Source: an uncultured cyanobacterium
Lineage (GTDB): Bacteria > Cyanobacteriota > Cyanobacteriia > Cyanobacteriales > Cyanobacteriaceae
Reading direction: 5' to 3'
DNA: 64,000 bases
NCBI GenBank assembly: GCA_963710605.1
Contig: CAVQBA010000004.1
Coordinates: 960,001-1,024,000, forward strand
Position 1 is the stretch's first letter. The number at the start of each line of letters is the position of its first letter. A program made the translations under genes and the position numbers. The notes under the pieces were generated by a model. That model made no database searches. It had not been told where the DNA came from and worked only from the letters and a program-made list of their open reading frames with translations. Shown here piece by piece: positions 35,751 to 47,542 of this stretch.

Positions 35751-36542
35751 TTATCCATTACTAATCATTGAATATTGCTCGAGATGATTATGATTATAGG
35801 TTGCGGTATTAGGAAGTTGTGTTAAATCACCTTCTGTTTCTGCAGGGTAGCTAATTTGTTGTAAACCTTCTAAATTAAAACGATAACCAACATTTCTGAC
35901 AGTCTGAATCAAATTAGGTTGACGAGGATCTTTTTCGATTTTCTTTCTTAATGATAATACATGGGTATCGATCGTTCTTTGATTTTCGATCGCTTCTGGC
36001 CAAGCTTTTTTCAATAGCTCATTACGACTTAAAGGTGTACCTTGAGCTTGAGTAAGTACATATAACAAGCTAAATTCTTGTGGTGTGAGATCAATTATCT
36101 CATTACGAAATTCAACTCTTCTTTGTACTAAGTCAATTTTTAATGAACCAAAATCCAAACTTAAAGGTGCATTATTCAAACGAAAACGACGCACTAATGA
36201 TTCAATCCGAGCGAGAAATTCTTGCATCCCAAAGGGTTTTTTGAGGTAATCATCTGCTCCTGCTTTTAATCCTTTGACAACATCTATTTCAGTTACTTTA
36301 TTAGAAAGAATCAAAATGAGTGGTTGATGAGATTTATATAACCATTCACAAAATTCTAATCCATCACCATCAGGTAGTTCAGAATCTAAAATTACCAAAC
36401 TGGGAATATTGTTATTGGCTAAACCATTTTTTGCTTGCTTGATACTACCATACTGATGAGTCAGATATCCCATCTGTTGTAGATGCCAACCTAGTAGCGA
36501 TCGCAAATGAGAGTTACCTTCAATTATAGAGATGCAAATCAC
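35751..36542 (-). CDS. nrrA: OmpR-family nitrogen response regulator NrrA
   Basis: IEGNSHLRSLLGWHLQQ and KPFGMQEFLAR match NrrA; GTG start after AGGA; NtcA-type promoter upstream. Confidence 0.85.
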   Translation of the reverse strand: MICISIIEGNSHLRSLLGWHLQQMGYLTHQYGSIKQAKNGLANNNIPSLVILDSELPDGDGLEFCEWLYKSHQPLILILSNKVTEIDVVKGLKAGADDYLKKPFGMQEFLARIESLVRRFRLNNAPLSLDFGSLKIDLVQRRVEFRNEIIDLTPQEFSLLYVLTQAQGTPLSRNELLKKAWPEAIENQRTIDTHVLSLRKKIEKDPRQPNLIQTVRNVGYRFNLEGLQQISYPAETEGDLTQLPNTATYNHNHLEQYSMISNG

Positions 36543-36579
36543 TTTGTTTTTCCTGAAATTCCATATATTTTGATAACTA

Positions 36580-36621
36580 AGCATAACCCAGCAATTATCA
36601 AGATACTGTCACATTGAATAC
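36580..36621 (-). promoter_or_regulatory. NtcA-activated (class II) promoter of nrrA
   Basis: Minus strand GTA-TTCAATGT-GAC, 22 nt, then TATGCT (consensus GTA-N8-TAC-N22-TA-N3-T, one mismatch). Confidence 0.75.
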
Positions 36622-36807
36622 CTTGTCTCTACTGATTGATTTTTTAGGTTGACTGACTCGAAAATCAATTATCTATCATATTTGGGGTTAAAGTATTATA
36701 ATCAAGCAAAAATAGACAAAAATGGTTTTTAAAGCATTTATCTCTCTTGTTTTTAAATACAGGTTGTCAATATTGAGTGTTTTTTATCTAAACCTTATGT
36801 TTACTAT

Positions 36808-38339
36808 CTAAAAACGAAAAATTTCTTGACCCTCATTTAGCACAATTAATTTAATTTGTAATGGTCCTGAGGTATAACTTTCATTACCAGCAACAGTCCG
36901 AATCTCATCGATCGGTTGATCTGACAATTGTAACTTTTGAATAAAATTAATTAAAGAAGTAATATTACCATCACCTACAGAAATTCGACCAAGAACACCT
37001 TCTCTTCTAGCACGAAACTGACTGACAGAAACCAAAAAATCAAGTTTTTCTTGTAGTTCATTATTTTTTAAATCATCTGCTTCTAACAATATAGAGGCGA
37101 TCGTTTGATTAGCGGCATAAACTTTTTGATTAGGAGTAACATCAGCAAAAATCCTGATTTGCTCTTCACCTTGAACATAATTACCCGCTGACAAAATTCT
37201 GACTAAATATTGCCCCGGTTTATCTAGCTGTTGTTTAATCTGTTCAACTTGCCCTTTACTAATTCTGACAAATCGATCGGGTGTGGTTTGTTTACCATAT
37301 CCTAAAATTAGCATAACGCCTCGGTTAGCTTCACTTAAAACACCATCGATTAATTCAGCAACATCGGTATTGTTTTGTGTTTGAACAAGAGTAACAGTCA
37401 AAACTTGCCCTTTAACAATTGCGATCGGTCTTTCTCTTAAATCTTGATAAGTTTGATAATATTGTTCTAAAGTTTCCGCTTCTTTGCGAAAAAATTCTAG
37501 TTGTTGCTCAAGAGTAATTAATTCGTTTTCTTTTTGTTTAAGAATTTGGTTACTTTCAGAGATACGATTATCTAATTCTGAAATTTGTTGATCACGAGAT
37601 TGTATTTCTGATTCTAATTCACCTTGTTTATTTTGTAGCTCTTGTAAGCTTTGTTGCTGTTGTTGCAGTATTGTTTCTTGTTGATTAATTTGACTTTCTT
37701 TATTATTTAACTCAGTATTTTTAATATTTAATTCTTGATCTTTAGTACTTAATTCTTGATCTTTACTACTTAATTTTTGATCTTGAATACTTAATTCTCG
37801 ATCTTTACTTGCAATTGACTTTTCAAGAATTTGAGTTTGTTTTTGAATACGGCTTTTTTCTTCTAATAGGTTATTTTTTTCGGTAATAATTCGATCAACT
37901 TCTTCTGTTAATGCCTGAGTTTTAGTTTCAATCTTTCTAACTTGTCTTTGAGTTATATTTAATTCTTCAATATTTAACTCTAACTGATTTTCAACCCGAT
38001 TTTGTCTTTTTTGAGCTTGATCTAATTCATTTTCGATCCTTTTTTTTCTTTTTCAACAGTTCTTAATTGAGCGGTAATTTCTCTTCTTTTTCGTAATATT
38101 TCATCTAGTTCAAAGATACCTTGTCGTAGAGATTCACTCAAAGTAAACAAAATTAGTAGCGTTGATGAAGAAATCAAAATACCCGTAGTGATCGTAATCA
38201 CCACCGCAGTTTGTTTCGGTCGTAACTTAAACAGTCTTAATCTTGCTTTACCTACCTTACTCCCAATTCGATCGCCTAATGCAGCAATTAACCCTCCCAA
38301 AAGTAATATGGCGATAATTAAAATATAGGCACTAGTCAT
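36808..38339 (-). CDS. DUF3084 coiled-coil protein, frameshift in an A run
   Basis: GGLIAALGDRIGSKVGKARL..FKLRPKQTA; adding one A at ~38040 joins the two ORFs through a long coiled coil; typical position after ntcA. Confidence 0.85.
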
Positions 38340-38528
38340 TTTTTAATTAATTAATAATGAATAATTGATAATGAATAATTAAGCTGTGTCAATATTATCG
38401 ATTTATATAACTAGTAATTTTTTTGATTTCTCTTATCTATTTATTTTTACACACCTCAAACTAAAGACTATTAGATTAATAGTGTAATAGTTGAGATATA
38501 TCAATCAACTCAGTCAATCAAATCGAAC

Positions 38529-39221
38529 TTAGGCAAATTGTTGACTTAAAGAAACAGGATCTAGTACAGTAATTTTTTTCTTGGTAATGGTAATTAAACC
38601 TGATTGTCTTAATTCTCCTAACAAACGAGTTACCGTAACACGAGTTGAACCGATCGCTTCAGCTATTGCTTGATGAGATAATTTAAGATCAATGGTAATA
38701 CCGCTAGCAGGTGCGTTTAAAGAATTAGGTTGCCCAAAATCACGACATAAAATTAATAAAAAGCTAACCAAACGAGAAGCCATATCACGATGGGCTAAAG
38801 TTTCAATCATCATCTCAGTTTGTAAAATACGAGAAGATAATCCCTGTAACATCAAACGAGATAATTCAGGATTATCTTGTAACGATCGTTGAAATTGCTC
38901 AATCGGTGCTGAAAGTAACTCCACACCCGTAAAGGCAACTGAATGATAAAAACGATCGCTTTTTTGCCCCGTAATTAAAGACAATACACCAAAAATACTA
39001 TTTTCTCTTAATAAAGCCACAGTTATTTCCTCTCCTGCTTCATAAACACGAGACAACTTAACTGCACCTTTCATTAAAAAATAAACTCTTTCTGCGGGGT
39101 CACCGGGAAAAAAGATAGTTTTACCACGCTCATATTTTTCCACCACAGGATTATACATACCTGCACCAATTTGACTAAAAACGGAAGCTAGAGAATTTTC
39201 AGAGTTAGGGATTGATTGCAT
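38529..39221 (-). CDS. ntcA: Global nitrogen regulator NtcA
   Basis: [34 protein letters not shown]. Confidence 0.98.
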   Translation of the reverse strand: MQSIPNSENSLASVFSQIGAGMYNPVVEKYERGKTIFFPGDPAERVYFLMKGAVKLSRVYEAGEEITVALLRENSIFGVLSLITGQKSDRFYHSVAFTGVELLSAPIEQFQRSLQDNPELSRLMLQGLSSRILQTEMMIETLAHRDMASRLVSFLLILCRDFGQPNSLNAPASGITIDLKLSHQAIAEAIGSTRVTVTRLLGELRQSGLITITKKKITVLDPVSLSQQFA

Positions 39222-39390
39222 AGGGAATAATAATTAATTAATGATCAAAAATAAAGATCGTGTTTTGTAAATGACACTTTCTATAAGAGAATAAGAAGCA
39301 AATGTAAATTATGATGACTATCTATAACTTAAACAGTTTAACGAATAATTATCCTTAATTTACACCGAAATTCGATTACAAATCAAGAAG

Positions 39391-40176
39391 ATGTTAGATT
39401 TAACACAGAAAAAAGCCCTCGTAACAGGAATTGCCAATAACAAATCGATCGCTTGGGGTATTGCCCAACAATTACATCAAGCAGGTGCCGAGATTGGTGT
39501 TACCTATCTTCCCGACGAAAAAGGACGTTATGCTAAAAAAGTCGGCGATTTAGCCCAATCACTGAATCCGAGTATTTTTCTCCCCTGCAATGTCCAAGAT
39601 GATGCTCAAATCGATGAAACTTTCGCTCAAATAAAAGAACAATGGGGGCAAATTGATATCTTAATTCACTGTCTAGCTTTTGCGAACCGAGACGATTTAT
39701 CAGGGGAATTTAGTAACACCTCTCGTGATGGTTTTGCTACAGCTTTGGATATTAGTGCTTACTCTCTTACTCGTTTAGCTAAAGCCGCCAAACCCTTATT
39801 GGCTGATGGTGCTAGCATTGTTACCCTAAGTTATTTAGGAGGTGTGAAAGTAATTCCTAATTATAACGTTATGGGTGTTGCTAAATCTGCTTTAGAAATG
39901 AGTGTCCGTTATTTAGCCGCCGAATTAGGTCAAAATAACGTTCGAGTTAATGGTATTTCAGCAGGCCCTATTCGTACTCTAGCTTCTTCTGCCGTAGGAG
40001 GTATATTAGATATGATTCATCACGTCGAAGCTGTTGCCCCTTTACGCCGTACAGTCACCCAAACCGAAGTAGGTAACACAGCCGCCTTTTTGTGTAGTGA
40101 TTTAGCTAGTGGTATCACAGGACAAATTATTTATGTTGATTCTGGATACGAAATTATGGGAATGGGAACAACATAG
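39391..40176 (+). CDS. fabI: Enoyl-ACP reductase
   Basis: GIANNKSIAWGIA, YNVMGVAK, AGPIRTLA; divergent from ntcA. Confidence 0.97.
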   Translation: MLDLTQKKALVTGIANNKSIAWGIAQQLHQAGAEIGVTYLPDEKGRYAKKVGDLAQSLNPSIFLPCNVQDDAQIDETFAQIKEQWGQIDILIHCLAFANRDDLSGEFSNTSRDGFATALDISAYSLTRLAKAAKPLLADGASIVTLSYLGGVKVIPNYNVMGVAKSALEMSVRYLAAELGQNNVRVNGISAGPIRTLASSAVGGILDMIHHVEAVAPLRRTVTQTEVGNTAAFLCSDLASGITGQIIYVDSGYEIMGMGTT

Positions 40177-40215
40177 TTAAGAGTTAAGAGTTAAGAGTTA
40201 AGAGTTAAGAGTTAA
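40176..40215 (+). repeat. Heptamer tandem repeat (GTTAAGA)n
   Basis: Five full copies plus a partial one between convergent fabI and purU; STRR-like. Confidence 0.9.
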
Positions 40216-40238
40216 AGGATGAAGTATCAATTAAAATC

Positions 40239-41096
40239 TTAGCCAAAAACAACGGTACGGTTTCCATATACTAATACTCTTTGCTGTAAGTGTAACCGTA
40301 CACCTCTAGCTAGAACTACTCTTTCTAAATCTTTACCTTTAGTAATCAAATCGTCAACAGTATCCCGATGACTAATTCTGGCTACTTGCTGGTCAATAAT
40401 CGGTCCTGCATCTAAGTCTTGGGTAACGTAATGAGATGTTGCCCCAATGATTTTGACTCCTCGACGATAGGCTTGGTGATATGGTTTTGCACCGATAAAT
40501 GCGGGTAAAAAGGAATGATGAATATTGATAATATTAGGAAAATTTTTGACAAAATCTGAACTCAATATCTGCATATATTTAGCCAAGATAACTAAATCTA
40601 TATTTGCTTTTTTGACTATTTCTAATTGTTTTTGTTCTTGCTCTATTTTGTTTTCTTTATTAATTGGTAAATAATGATATTCAATGCCAAATTGCTCAGC
40701 AACAGAGGCAAGTTTGTCGTGATTACTGATAATTAAACCTACTTCAGCTTTTAATTCTTGTGATTGGATACGCCAGAGCAAATCGTATAAGCAATGGCTT
40801 TGCTTTCCTACCCAGATAGCAAGTTTTGGCGTATCAGTTGAAAAATGTAGTTTGTATGTTGCCATTAATGGTTCGGCGATCGCATTAAAAGCAGGAGCGA
40901 TCAATTCTTTAGGTAAGTTAAAACCCTGTAACTGCCATTCTATACGAGATAAAAATAAATTAGCTTCTAAATCTGTGTGGTGATCAGCATGAATAATATT
41001 TCCACCATTAGCGTAAATAAAATTAGCAATTTTAGCAACTAAACCTTTTTGATCAGGACAAGATAATAAAATCGTTGCTGTTTGCTTAACCGCCAT
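40239..41096 (-). CDS. purU: Formyltetrahydrofolate deformylase
   Basis: ACT domain (CPDQKGLVA), INIHHSFLPAF, GVKIIGATSH. Confidence 0.96.
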   Translation of the reverse strand: MAVKQTATILLSCPDQKGLVAKIANFIYANGGNIIHADHHTDLEANLFLSRIEWQLQGFNLPKELIAPAFNAIAEPLMATYKLHFSTDTPKLAIWVGKQSHCLYDLLWRIQSQELKAEVGLIISNHDKLASVAEQFGIEYHYLPINKENKIEQEQKQLEIVKKANIDLVILAKYMQILSSDFVKNFPNIINIHHSFLPAFIGAKPYHQAYRRGVKIIGATSHYVTQDLDAGPIIDQQVARISHRDTVDDLITKGKDLERVVLARGVRLHLQQRVLVYGNRTVVFG

Positions 41097-41550
41097 AATA
41101 TTTTTTTTTCATCTGACTTCCAAAACTATATTGATTTATTGTTACCTACTCACGAAACAATGTAAAGGGTTATCTATAGCAGTTAGAGTCTTTTGTGTTT
41201 AAGTAGTAACATTTGTTTATTAGTCTCACCAAAAAAGCGTTTACTAAATGTAGTAAACAAAGAAAGGTAAAACAGATGTTAAGAGTGAGCAAGAAGTTAG
41301 GAGGCACACAGTTAAACCAAACTATCTAAAATATATCTGAAAAGTTGGGAGAAAAGTCGCTATAGACTAAATAAATCATTTACAATTCGCCACCTTGGTA
41401 TAAACTGAATATTATTCATTATTTCTAAAATATTTAAGTATAATCTTTAAATGAGATTTAATATTCTTTTAATATTTACTATTTGAATTATGTTAAGCTA
41501 GTTTGATTGCCATAGAAGCGATCGCCGCCTTAAAATGTAAGGTATCATTT

Positions 41551-42722
41551 ATGAGTGAATCTAAAAAAGAATCCGAATTTTTTTCGATTCGACCATCAAT
41601 AAATAACAACACACTACAGCTACTTTTATTTGTAGATAACCGTCATAGTTCGCAAAAAAATATCAATCAGATCAGATCTTATTTAGATAACCTTAGTAAA
41701 GATTACAGTTTTGAATTACAAGTTTTAGAAATTTGTCATTATCCTCATTTAGTTGAACATTTTAAACTAGTTGCTACTCCTGCGTTAGTTAAATTTAGTC
41801 CTTCTCCTCAACAAACCCTAGCAGGTACTGATTTAACTGCTAAATTACAAAAATATTGGTATAAGTGGCAAACTAGCTTAGAAGAAAACGATGATGTTTT
41901 TCAAGACTCTCTTGAAGAAGATACTTTCATTAACACCTGTTTACCTTCCTCAGAATTAATTCGTCTTAGAGATGAAATTTTTCGTCTTAAAAATGAAGTT
42001 GATCAATTAAAACAAACGATCGAATTTAAAGAGCAAATGTTTGCAATGCTCGCTCACGATTTAAGAAGCCCCCTTACTGCCGCCTCTATAGCAGTAGAAA
42101 CGATCGAAATCACACATAATAATAGAATGAAGAAACATCACCTAAGGAAGAACTTTATCAAAAATTATTCAAACACGCACGAACTCAACTTGTAGGAATG
42201 AATAAAATGATTAACGACTTACTACAAGTATCTCAAGAAATAAACTATCAACTTAACATTACCCCCACAGAAGTAGATTTATTTGCCCTATGTAAAGATA
42301 TTGTCCTGAAATTACCTTCTAAACTTAAAAAACAAGAACCGATAATCATTAAAGATATTCCCCAAAATCTACCTTCTGTTTATGCTGACTCTCAATTGAT
42401 AAGACAAGTTATTGTCAATTTATTAGAAAACGCCATCAAATACAGTCCATCCTCCACACCAATTACTATTTCTATCATTCATAAAACTACACAAAAAATA
42501 CAGGTTAGTATTATTGATGAAGGTTCGGGTATCCCAGATGCTAATAAAAAATCAATTTTTCAAGAACATTTTCGTTTACCGAGAGACTCTAAAGCTGATG
42601 GTTACGGGATAGGATTGGCTTTATGCCAAGAAATAATTAATGCTCATTACGGTCAAATTTGGGTTGATGATAACGCAAATCAAGGTAGTTGTTTTCGCTT
42701 TACCCTACCTGTTTATCGTTAG
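41551..42722 (+). CDS. sasA: Clock-associated histidine kinase SasA, one frameshift
   Basis: KaiB-like domain (PHLVEHFKLVATPALVK), AHDLRSPLTA, NLLENAIKY, GYGIGL; frame changes near 42128. Confidence 0.9.
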
Positions 42723-42784
42723 CTCGTTGACGAATATAGGTTAAAATGTAGATAGGTGAAACGAAAGAAAGAGGAAAACCTGTT

Positions 42785-43222
42785 ATGAAAAAATATTTAA
42801 TTGCTACGATCGCTGTCTTAAGTACTATTGTTGCTAATCCTAGCCAAGCAAGTAATCCAGCTCACGTTCAACAGTTGTTAGAAACAAATAAATGTATGGG
42901 ATGTGATTTAGAGGGTGCCGATTTAGCCGACGCATTTTTAATTGGTGCTGATTTAAGAAACGCCGACTTACGCAACGCAAATTTAGAAGGTGCAAATTTA
43001 GAAGGTGCTGATTTAGACGGAGCGAACTTACAAGGTGCTGATTTAGCTGATTCCTTTTTAACCAATGCAACTATGAATTATGCTAATCTTAATAATGCAG
43101 ATTTGACTTACGCTGTAATTTATGACGCTCAAGTAAAAGGTGCTAGCATGAATAACTTAAATATTGAAAATGCTTCTATAGTCGAAACAAACATCGGTGT
43201 AGGTGGTCAATACATAGATTAA
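42785..43222 (+). CDS. Secreted pentapeptide repeat protein
   Basis: Signal peptide, QLLETNKCMGCDL, ADL/ANL repeats. Confidence 0.9.
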   Translation: MKKYLIATIAVLSTIVANPSQASNPAHVQQLLETNKCMGCDLEGADLADAFLIGADLRNADLRNANLEGANLEGADLDGANLQGADLADSFLTNATMNYANLNNADLTYAVIYDAQVKGASMNNLNIENASIVETNIGVGGQYID

Positions 43223-44125
43223 GAGAAGTACTCAATTTAGATAGAAAAACAATTAATTGATAAATTTTATCAATAGTCGAGTGGCTTAACTTGTAAAAAT
43301 AAAATCACAGTAATACATGAATTATTAATTCATTGACTCTTCAAATAAATAAATAGACAAAAATAATCATGGTTAAGTTGATTTAAGTAAATATTCAAAA
43401 CTAATTATTTCCACTTTAGATACAGTCAATTATGCTTTTTTTAGTTTCACCTGATTAAAAAACATTAATTGATAACTTCAAAGCTGATTAATTACCTCAG
43501 GTAGTTATCAGCTACTTTTTTTGCGATAAATTTAGGCAAAATATATTAGTTAATCTCTATAGAATTTATCTTATCAAAAATTCTCTTTTTTTTACAAAGG
43601 AGGAAAAGTGATTAAAATGTTTAATCTTAATCTATAGCAGAGAACGAGTTGATTAGGACATGGTATGAGACCGAAAGCTATACCCTATGAGCATTTTACC
43701 TTTGCCCTTTGCTATAAAAGGCTTTTATTTGTACAACGTCATAAATAATTTGCTGATGATTGATTATTCGTTTTAATGCAATTTGATTAAACACCGAAGC
43801 ATTGTGTTGCAGGCACTAGGTAATAATTAATGATATGGAGTTAAGTTTTACCGCTAATAAGCTTGGATAGACCCAACAATATGTGGTTAACTACTGTCAT
43901 AAGCTCGAACTGTAAATAACCCTACTCACCTACTTGTAATTTTTGAAGAAGTATTGATCGGATTCGCTTCTTTTTTTACTTTTCACTTAATAGTTTTTTC
44001 TCGAAGTACAGACTTGCCCCGATCGAATTTTTCGGTTAGAAACAGATTTTAACTGTCTCAAACAACTGAACCTTAAAACCTTAAAAGAGCAGAAAAGCTA
44101 TTCTATGTAAGGAGTATAGATGTAA

Positions 44126-44308
44126 TGTACATTCAATAATTAAACGTCGCTAATTAACACATTGTTGTCGTAAATATTGCTAGACTATAAAACAGTTTAA
44201 GTTATAACACTACAAAGCTTTAAGCTGTTTTTTCTTCAATGATAACGATTACGTTTTGTTTAAAACATTATATGTCGCTCTTGTATGTTTTTAATAAATT
44301 GGTTGTCG
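44126..44308 (+). repeat. tnsB-proximal transposon end with four putative TnsB-binding sites
   Basis: TGTACA then TCAATAATTAAACGTCG, TAACACATTGTTGTCG, and later TAAAACATTATATGTCG, TAATAAATTGGTTGTCG. Confidence 0.8.
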
Positions 44309-44360
44309 TTTGTTTGAGGTAATGTTATGCTAATAATCACAATAGTAGTAGATTAGTTTT

Positions 44361-46053
44361 ATGGCAAAATTGTCATCTAATAAACCAAGGGTGTATAGAC
44401 TTTCTTCTGATGAACAGATCACTGATGAAGTAAAGCTGAGAATAGAAGTCATTCAAACTCTTATAGAGCCATGCGATCGTCAACTATACCGACAACGAAA
44501 GCAAGAAGCAGCTCAAAAGTTGGGTGTGTCCATTCGATCGATTCGAAAGATTGATGAAAAAGTATCGAGAAGAGGGTTTAGTTGGTATTAGTAAAAGTAG
44601 ATCTGATAAAGGAAAAGTTCGTATTGATCGAGATTGGTATGACTTTATTTTGGATACTTATAAAAAAGGTAATCAAAGAGGCAAAAGAATTACTCGGCAT
44701 CAAGTGTTCTTGAAAGTTAAAGGACGTGCTAAGCAATTAAGACTAGAGAAAAAAGATTATCCTAGCCATCAAACAGTTTATCGAATTATCGATTTATATA
44801 TAGAAGAACAAGATAAGAAACGTAAAGCAAGGAGTCCTGGTTATTCAGGTTCTCGCTTGACTCACATGACTCGTGATGGTAGAGAAATCGAAGTGGAAGC
44901 AAGTAATGATGTTTGGCAATGCGATCATACTCGTCTTGATGTCAGATTAATTGACGAATTTGGAATTTTAGATCGTCCTTGGTTGACTATTATTATCGAT
45001 TCGTATTCTCGTTGTTTGATGGGTTTTTACTTGGGTTTTGAAAGTCCTAGTTCTCAAGTTGATGCTTTAGCTTTGCGTCAGGCAATTTTACCGAAATCTT
45101 ATAGTTCGGATTATGGTTTACGTAACGAATGGACTGCTTATGGTACACCGACTTACTTTTATACTGATGGAGGTAAAGATTTTCGCTCAATTCATTTGAC
45201 AGAACAAGTCGCTGTACAGTTAGGTTTTAGTTGTTCTTTAAGAAGACGACCTTCTGATGGAGGTATTGTCGAACGTTTTTTTCGTACTCTCAACGATAGT
45301 GTTTTAAGAGAACTACCTGGATATACAGGAGCAAATGTTCAACAACGTCCCAAAAATGTCGATCTCAATGCTTCTCTTACTCTCAAAGATTTAGAGCTAA
45401 TTTTAGTTCGTTATATTATTGACGAATATAATCAAAAAGCCGATGCCAGAAGAAAGGATGCTACTCGGATGCAATTGTGGGAAAGCGGCTTAATTGTCGA
45501 ACCCGAACCCTACAATGAAAGAGAACTTGATATTTGTTTGATGAAACAAACAAGAAGAACGATTCAGAAGTTTGGCACGTTGCAATTTGAGAATGTAACC
45601 TATAAAAGTAATCATCTTCGAGGCATGGCTGGTGAAGTTGTCGTAATTTGTTACGATCCCGAAGATATTACTACAATATTAGTATATGAGCGTTTGAATG
45701 ATGATACAGAGCAATTTTTAGATTATGCTATAGCTCAGGGATTGGAAGCGGAAAAACTATCACTACGAGAATTAAAAGCTATTAATAAAAAATTGAATCA
45801 AGAGCAGGAAAAAATTAATAATGATGCTGTACTTGATGCCATTTTAGAACGAGAAGTTTTAGTGGAGGAGTTGAGTAAAAAGAATCGTCAAGAACGTCGT
45901 CAAGTAGCTCACCAAGAAGTTAATACCGTTAGAACAGTAGCAGAAAAGTTAAATATTGCTGAGCCTGAAGTTGTGGAAGAGGAAGAAAATGAAGAGGAAG
46001 AGTTACCTTCCTATCAAGTCCAGTATATGGATGACCTTTTTGATGATGATTAA
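44361..46053 (+). CDS. tnsB: DDE transposase TnsB, one frameshift near the 5' end
   Basis: WQCDHT, IDSYSRC, YTDGGKDF, GGIVERFF; removing one base at ~44542 joins the HTH (AAQKLGVSIRSIERL). Confidence 0.93.
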
Positions 46054-46076
46054 TTATTAGTGGAGATTAATAGTAA

Positions 46077-46934
46077 ATGACGAATGCGGAAGTAATTGCG
46101 AATCAGTTTGGTAGTTTGCCTACTATCACTCCTGAAATTCAAGCCCAAATCGATCGATTAAATAAATATCCCTATATTGAGTTCAAGCAAGTGAAAGAAT
46201 GTCATGATTGGATGTATGAATTAGTACTTTCTCGCATGACGGGTTTACTGGTGGGAAAATCTAGTTGTGGTAAAACGGTCACTTGCAAATCTTTTATGGC
46301 AAGATACAATAAATCAAAGCAAGGAAACAAACAGAGAATTAAGCCCGTAGTTTATATTCAAGTTCCTGAAAAATGTGGTTCGAGAGATTTTTTTATCAAA
46401 ATACTTAAGGTGTTGAATAAACCAACTAAGGGAACAATTTCAGATTTGAGGGAAAGAACGCTTGACGGTTTGGCGATTCATTGTTGTGAAATGTTAATCA
46501 TTGATGAAGCTAACCACCTCAAACAAGAAACCTTTGCTGATGTTAGACATGTTTATGATGAGGATGATTTAAATATCTCGGTTTTATTGGTTGGTACAAC
46601 AAATCGTTTAGAAACAGTTGTTAGAAGAGATGAACAGGTAGCTAATCGCTTTTTGGAAGAATACGAACTCGATAGATTAGATGATAAGGAGTTTAAAACT
46701 ATTGTGAGAGTTTGGGAAAGAGATATTTTGAGATTACCCGAACCTTCTAATTTAGCAACAGCCGAAAATATTAGACTGTTGAAAAGCTCTACTCGTAAAT
46801 TACTCGGACGTTTAGAGAAAATTTTACGTAAAGCAGCGATTCGTTCTTTATGCAGGGGAGAAAAACATATTACGCCTGAAATTTTGAAGCAAGTAATTAG
46901 TTCTACTAAATGGTCTGATGAAAGAAGAAAATGA
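46077..46934 (+). CDS. tnsC: AAA+ ATPase TnsC
   Basis: Walker A GKSSCGKT, Walker B MLIIDEA, LVGT, RDEQVANRF. Confidence 0.93.
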   Translation: MTNAEVIANQFGSLPTITPEIQAQIDRLNKYPYIEFKQVKECHDWMYELVLSRMTGLLVGKSSCGKTVTCKSFMARYNKSKQGNKQRIKPVVYIQVPEKCGSRDFFIKILKVLNKPTKGTISDLRERTLDGLAIHCCEMLIIDEANHLKQETFADVRHVYDEDDLNISVLLVGTTNRLETVVRRDEQVANRFLEEYELDRLDDKEFKTIVRVWERDILRLPEPSNLATAENIRLLKSSTRKLLGRLEKILRKAAIRSLCRGEKHITPEILKQVISSTKWSDERRK

Positions 46935-47430
46935 GTTATGGTTAACAAAAATTGAACCATTCGCAGGGGAAAGTATCAGTCATTTTTTAGGTCGCTTTCG
47001 TCGTGCGAGAGGAAATCGTTTTTCTGCTCCTAGTGGTTTAGGAGAAGTGACAGGATTAGGTTCGGCTATATCTCGATGGGAAAAGTTTTATTTTTCACCT
47101 TTCCCCACACAAGAAGAGTTAGAAAAATTAGCAATAGTTGTGATGTTAGATGTCGATCGTCTTACACAGATGTTTCCTGATGAAGGTATGGTAACGCAAC
47201 CAAAACCAATTATGCTTTGTGCAATGTGTTATCAAGAATCTCCTTATCATCGAATAGAGTGGCAAGATAAGAAGAATAAAAGAGGGTGTAGAGTCCATAA
47301 TCTAAAACTACTTTCTAAATGTACTAATTGTGGAACTCCTTTTGCTATTCCTTCGATGTGGGTTGAAGGAAAATGTAGTCATTGTCATCTACCGTTCATG
47401 AAAATGAGTAAAAAACAAAAATCTTTGTAA
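46918..47430 (+). CDS. tniQ: TniQ
   Basis: PFAGESISHFLGRFRR, RWEKF, zinc-finger Cys pairs; short V-K type. Confidence 0.93.
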   Translation: MKEENELWLTKIEPFAGESISHFLGRFRRARGNRFSAPSGLGEVTGLGSAISRWEKFYFSPFPTQEELEKLAIVVMLDVDRLTQMFPDEGMVTQPKPIMLCAMCYQESPYHRIEWQDKKNKRGCRVHNLKLLSKCTNCGTPFAIPSMWVEGKCSHCHLPFMKMSKKQKSL

Positions 47431-47542
47431 ACTCTTATTTGGTTAGGATGATTAGTAACTATATATTTTACCCACAATTAAATAAACCCTGACCAATTCG
47501 ATATTAAGTCTGAAGCAATTTCAAAGTGAGTACAGTTGAAAT

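Noticed and set aside
37728-37810. 21-bp tandem repeats in the DUF3084 gene
   Set aside because: They encode coiled-coil heptads; no spacers, so not a CRISPR or regulatory array.
39222-39390. NtcA autoregulatory box between ntcA and fabI
   Set aside because: No GTA-N8-TAC with correct spacing found by eye.
43700-44120. Possible decayed integrase fragment next to the transposon end (minus strand ..KIRSGQV..)
   Set aside because: Multiple stops and only a vague resemblance; cannot be supported without BLASTX.
44530-44550. Programmed frameshift in tnsB
   Set aside because: No slippery sequence, and the same GATTC pattern breaks dnaK and the RNR fusion.
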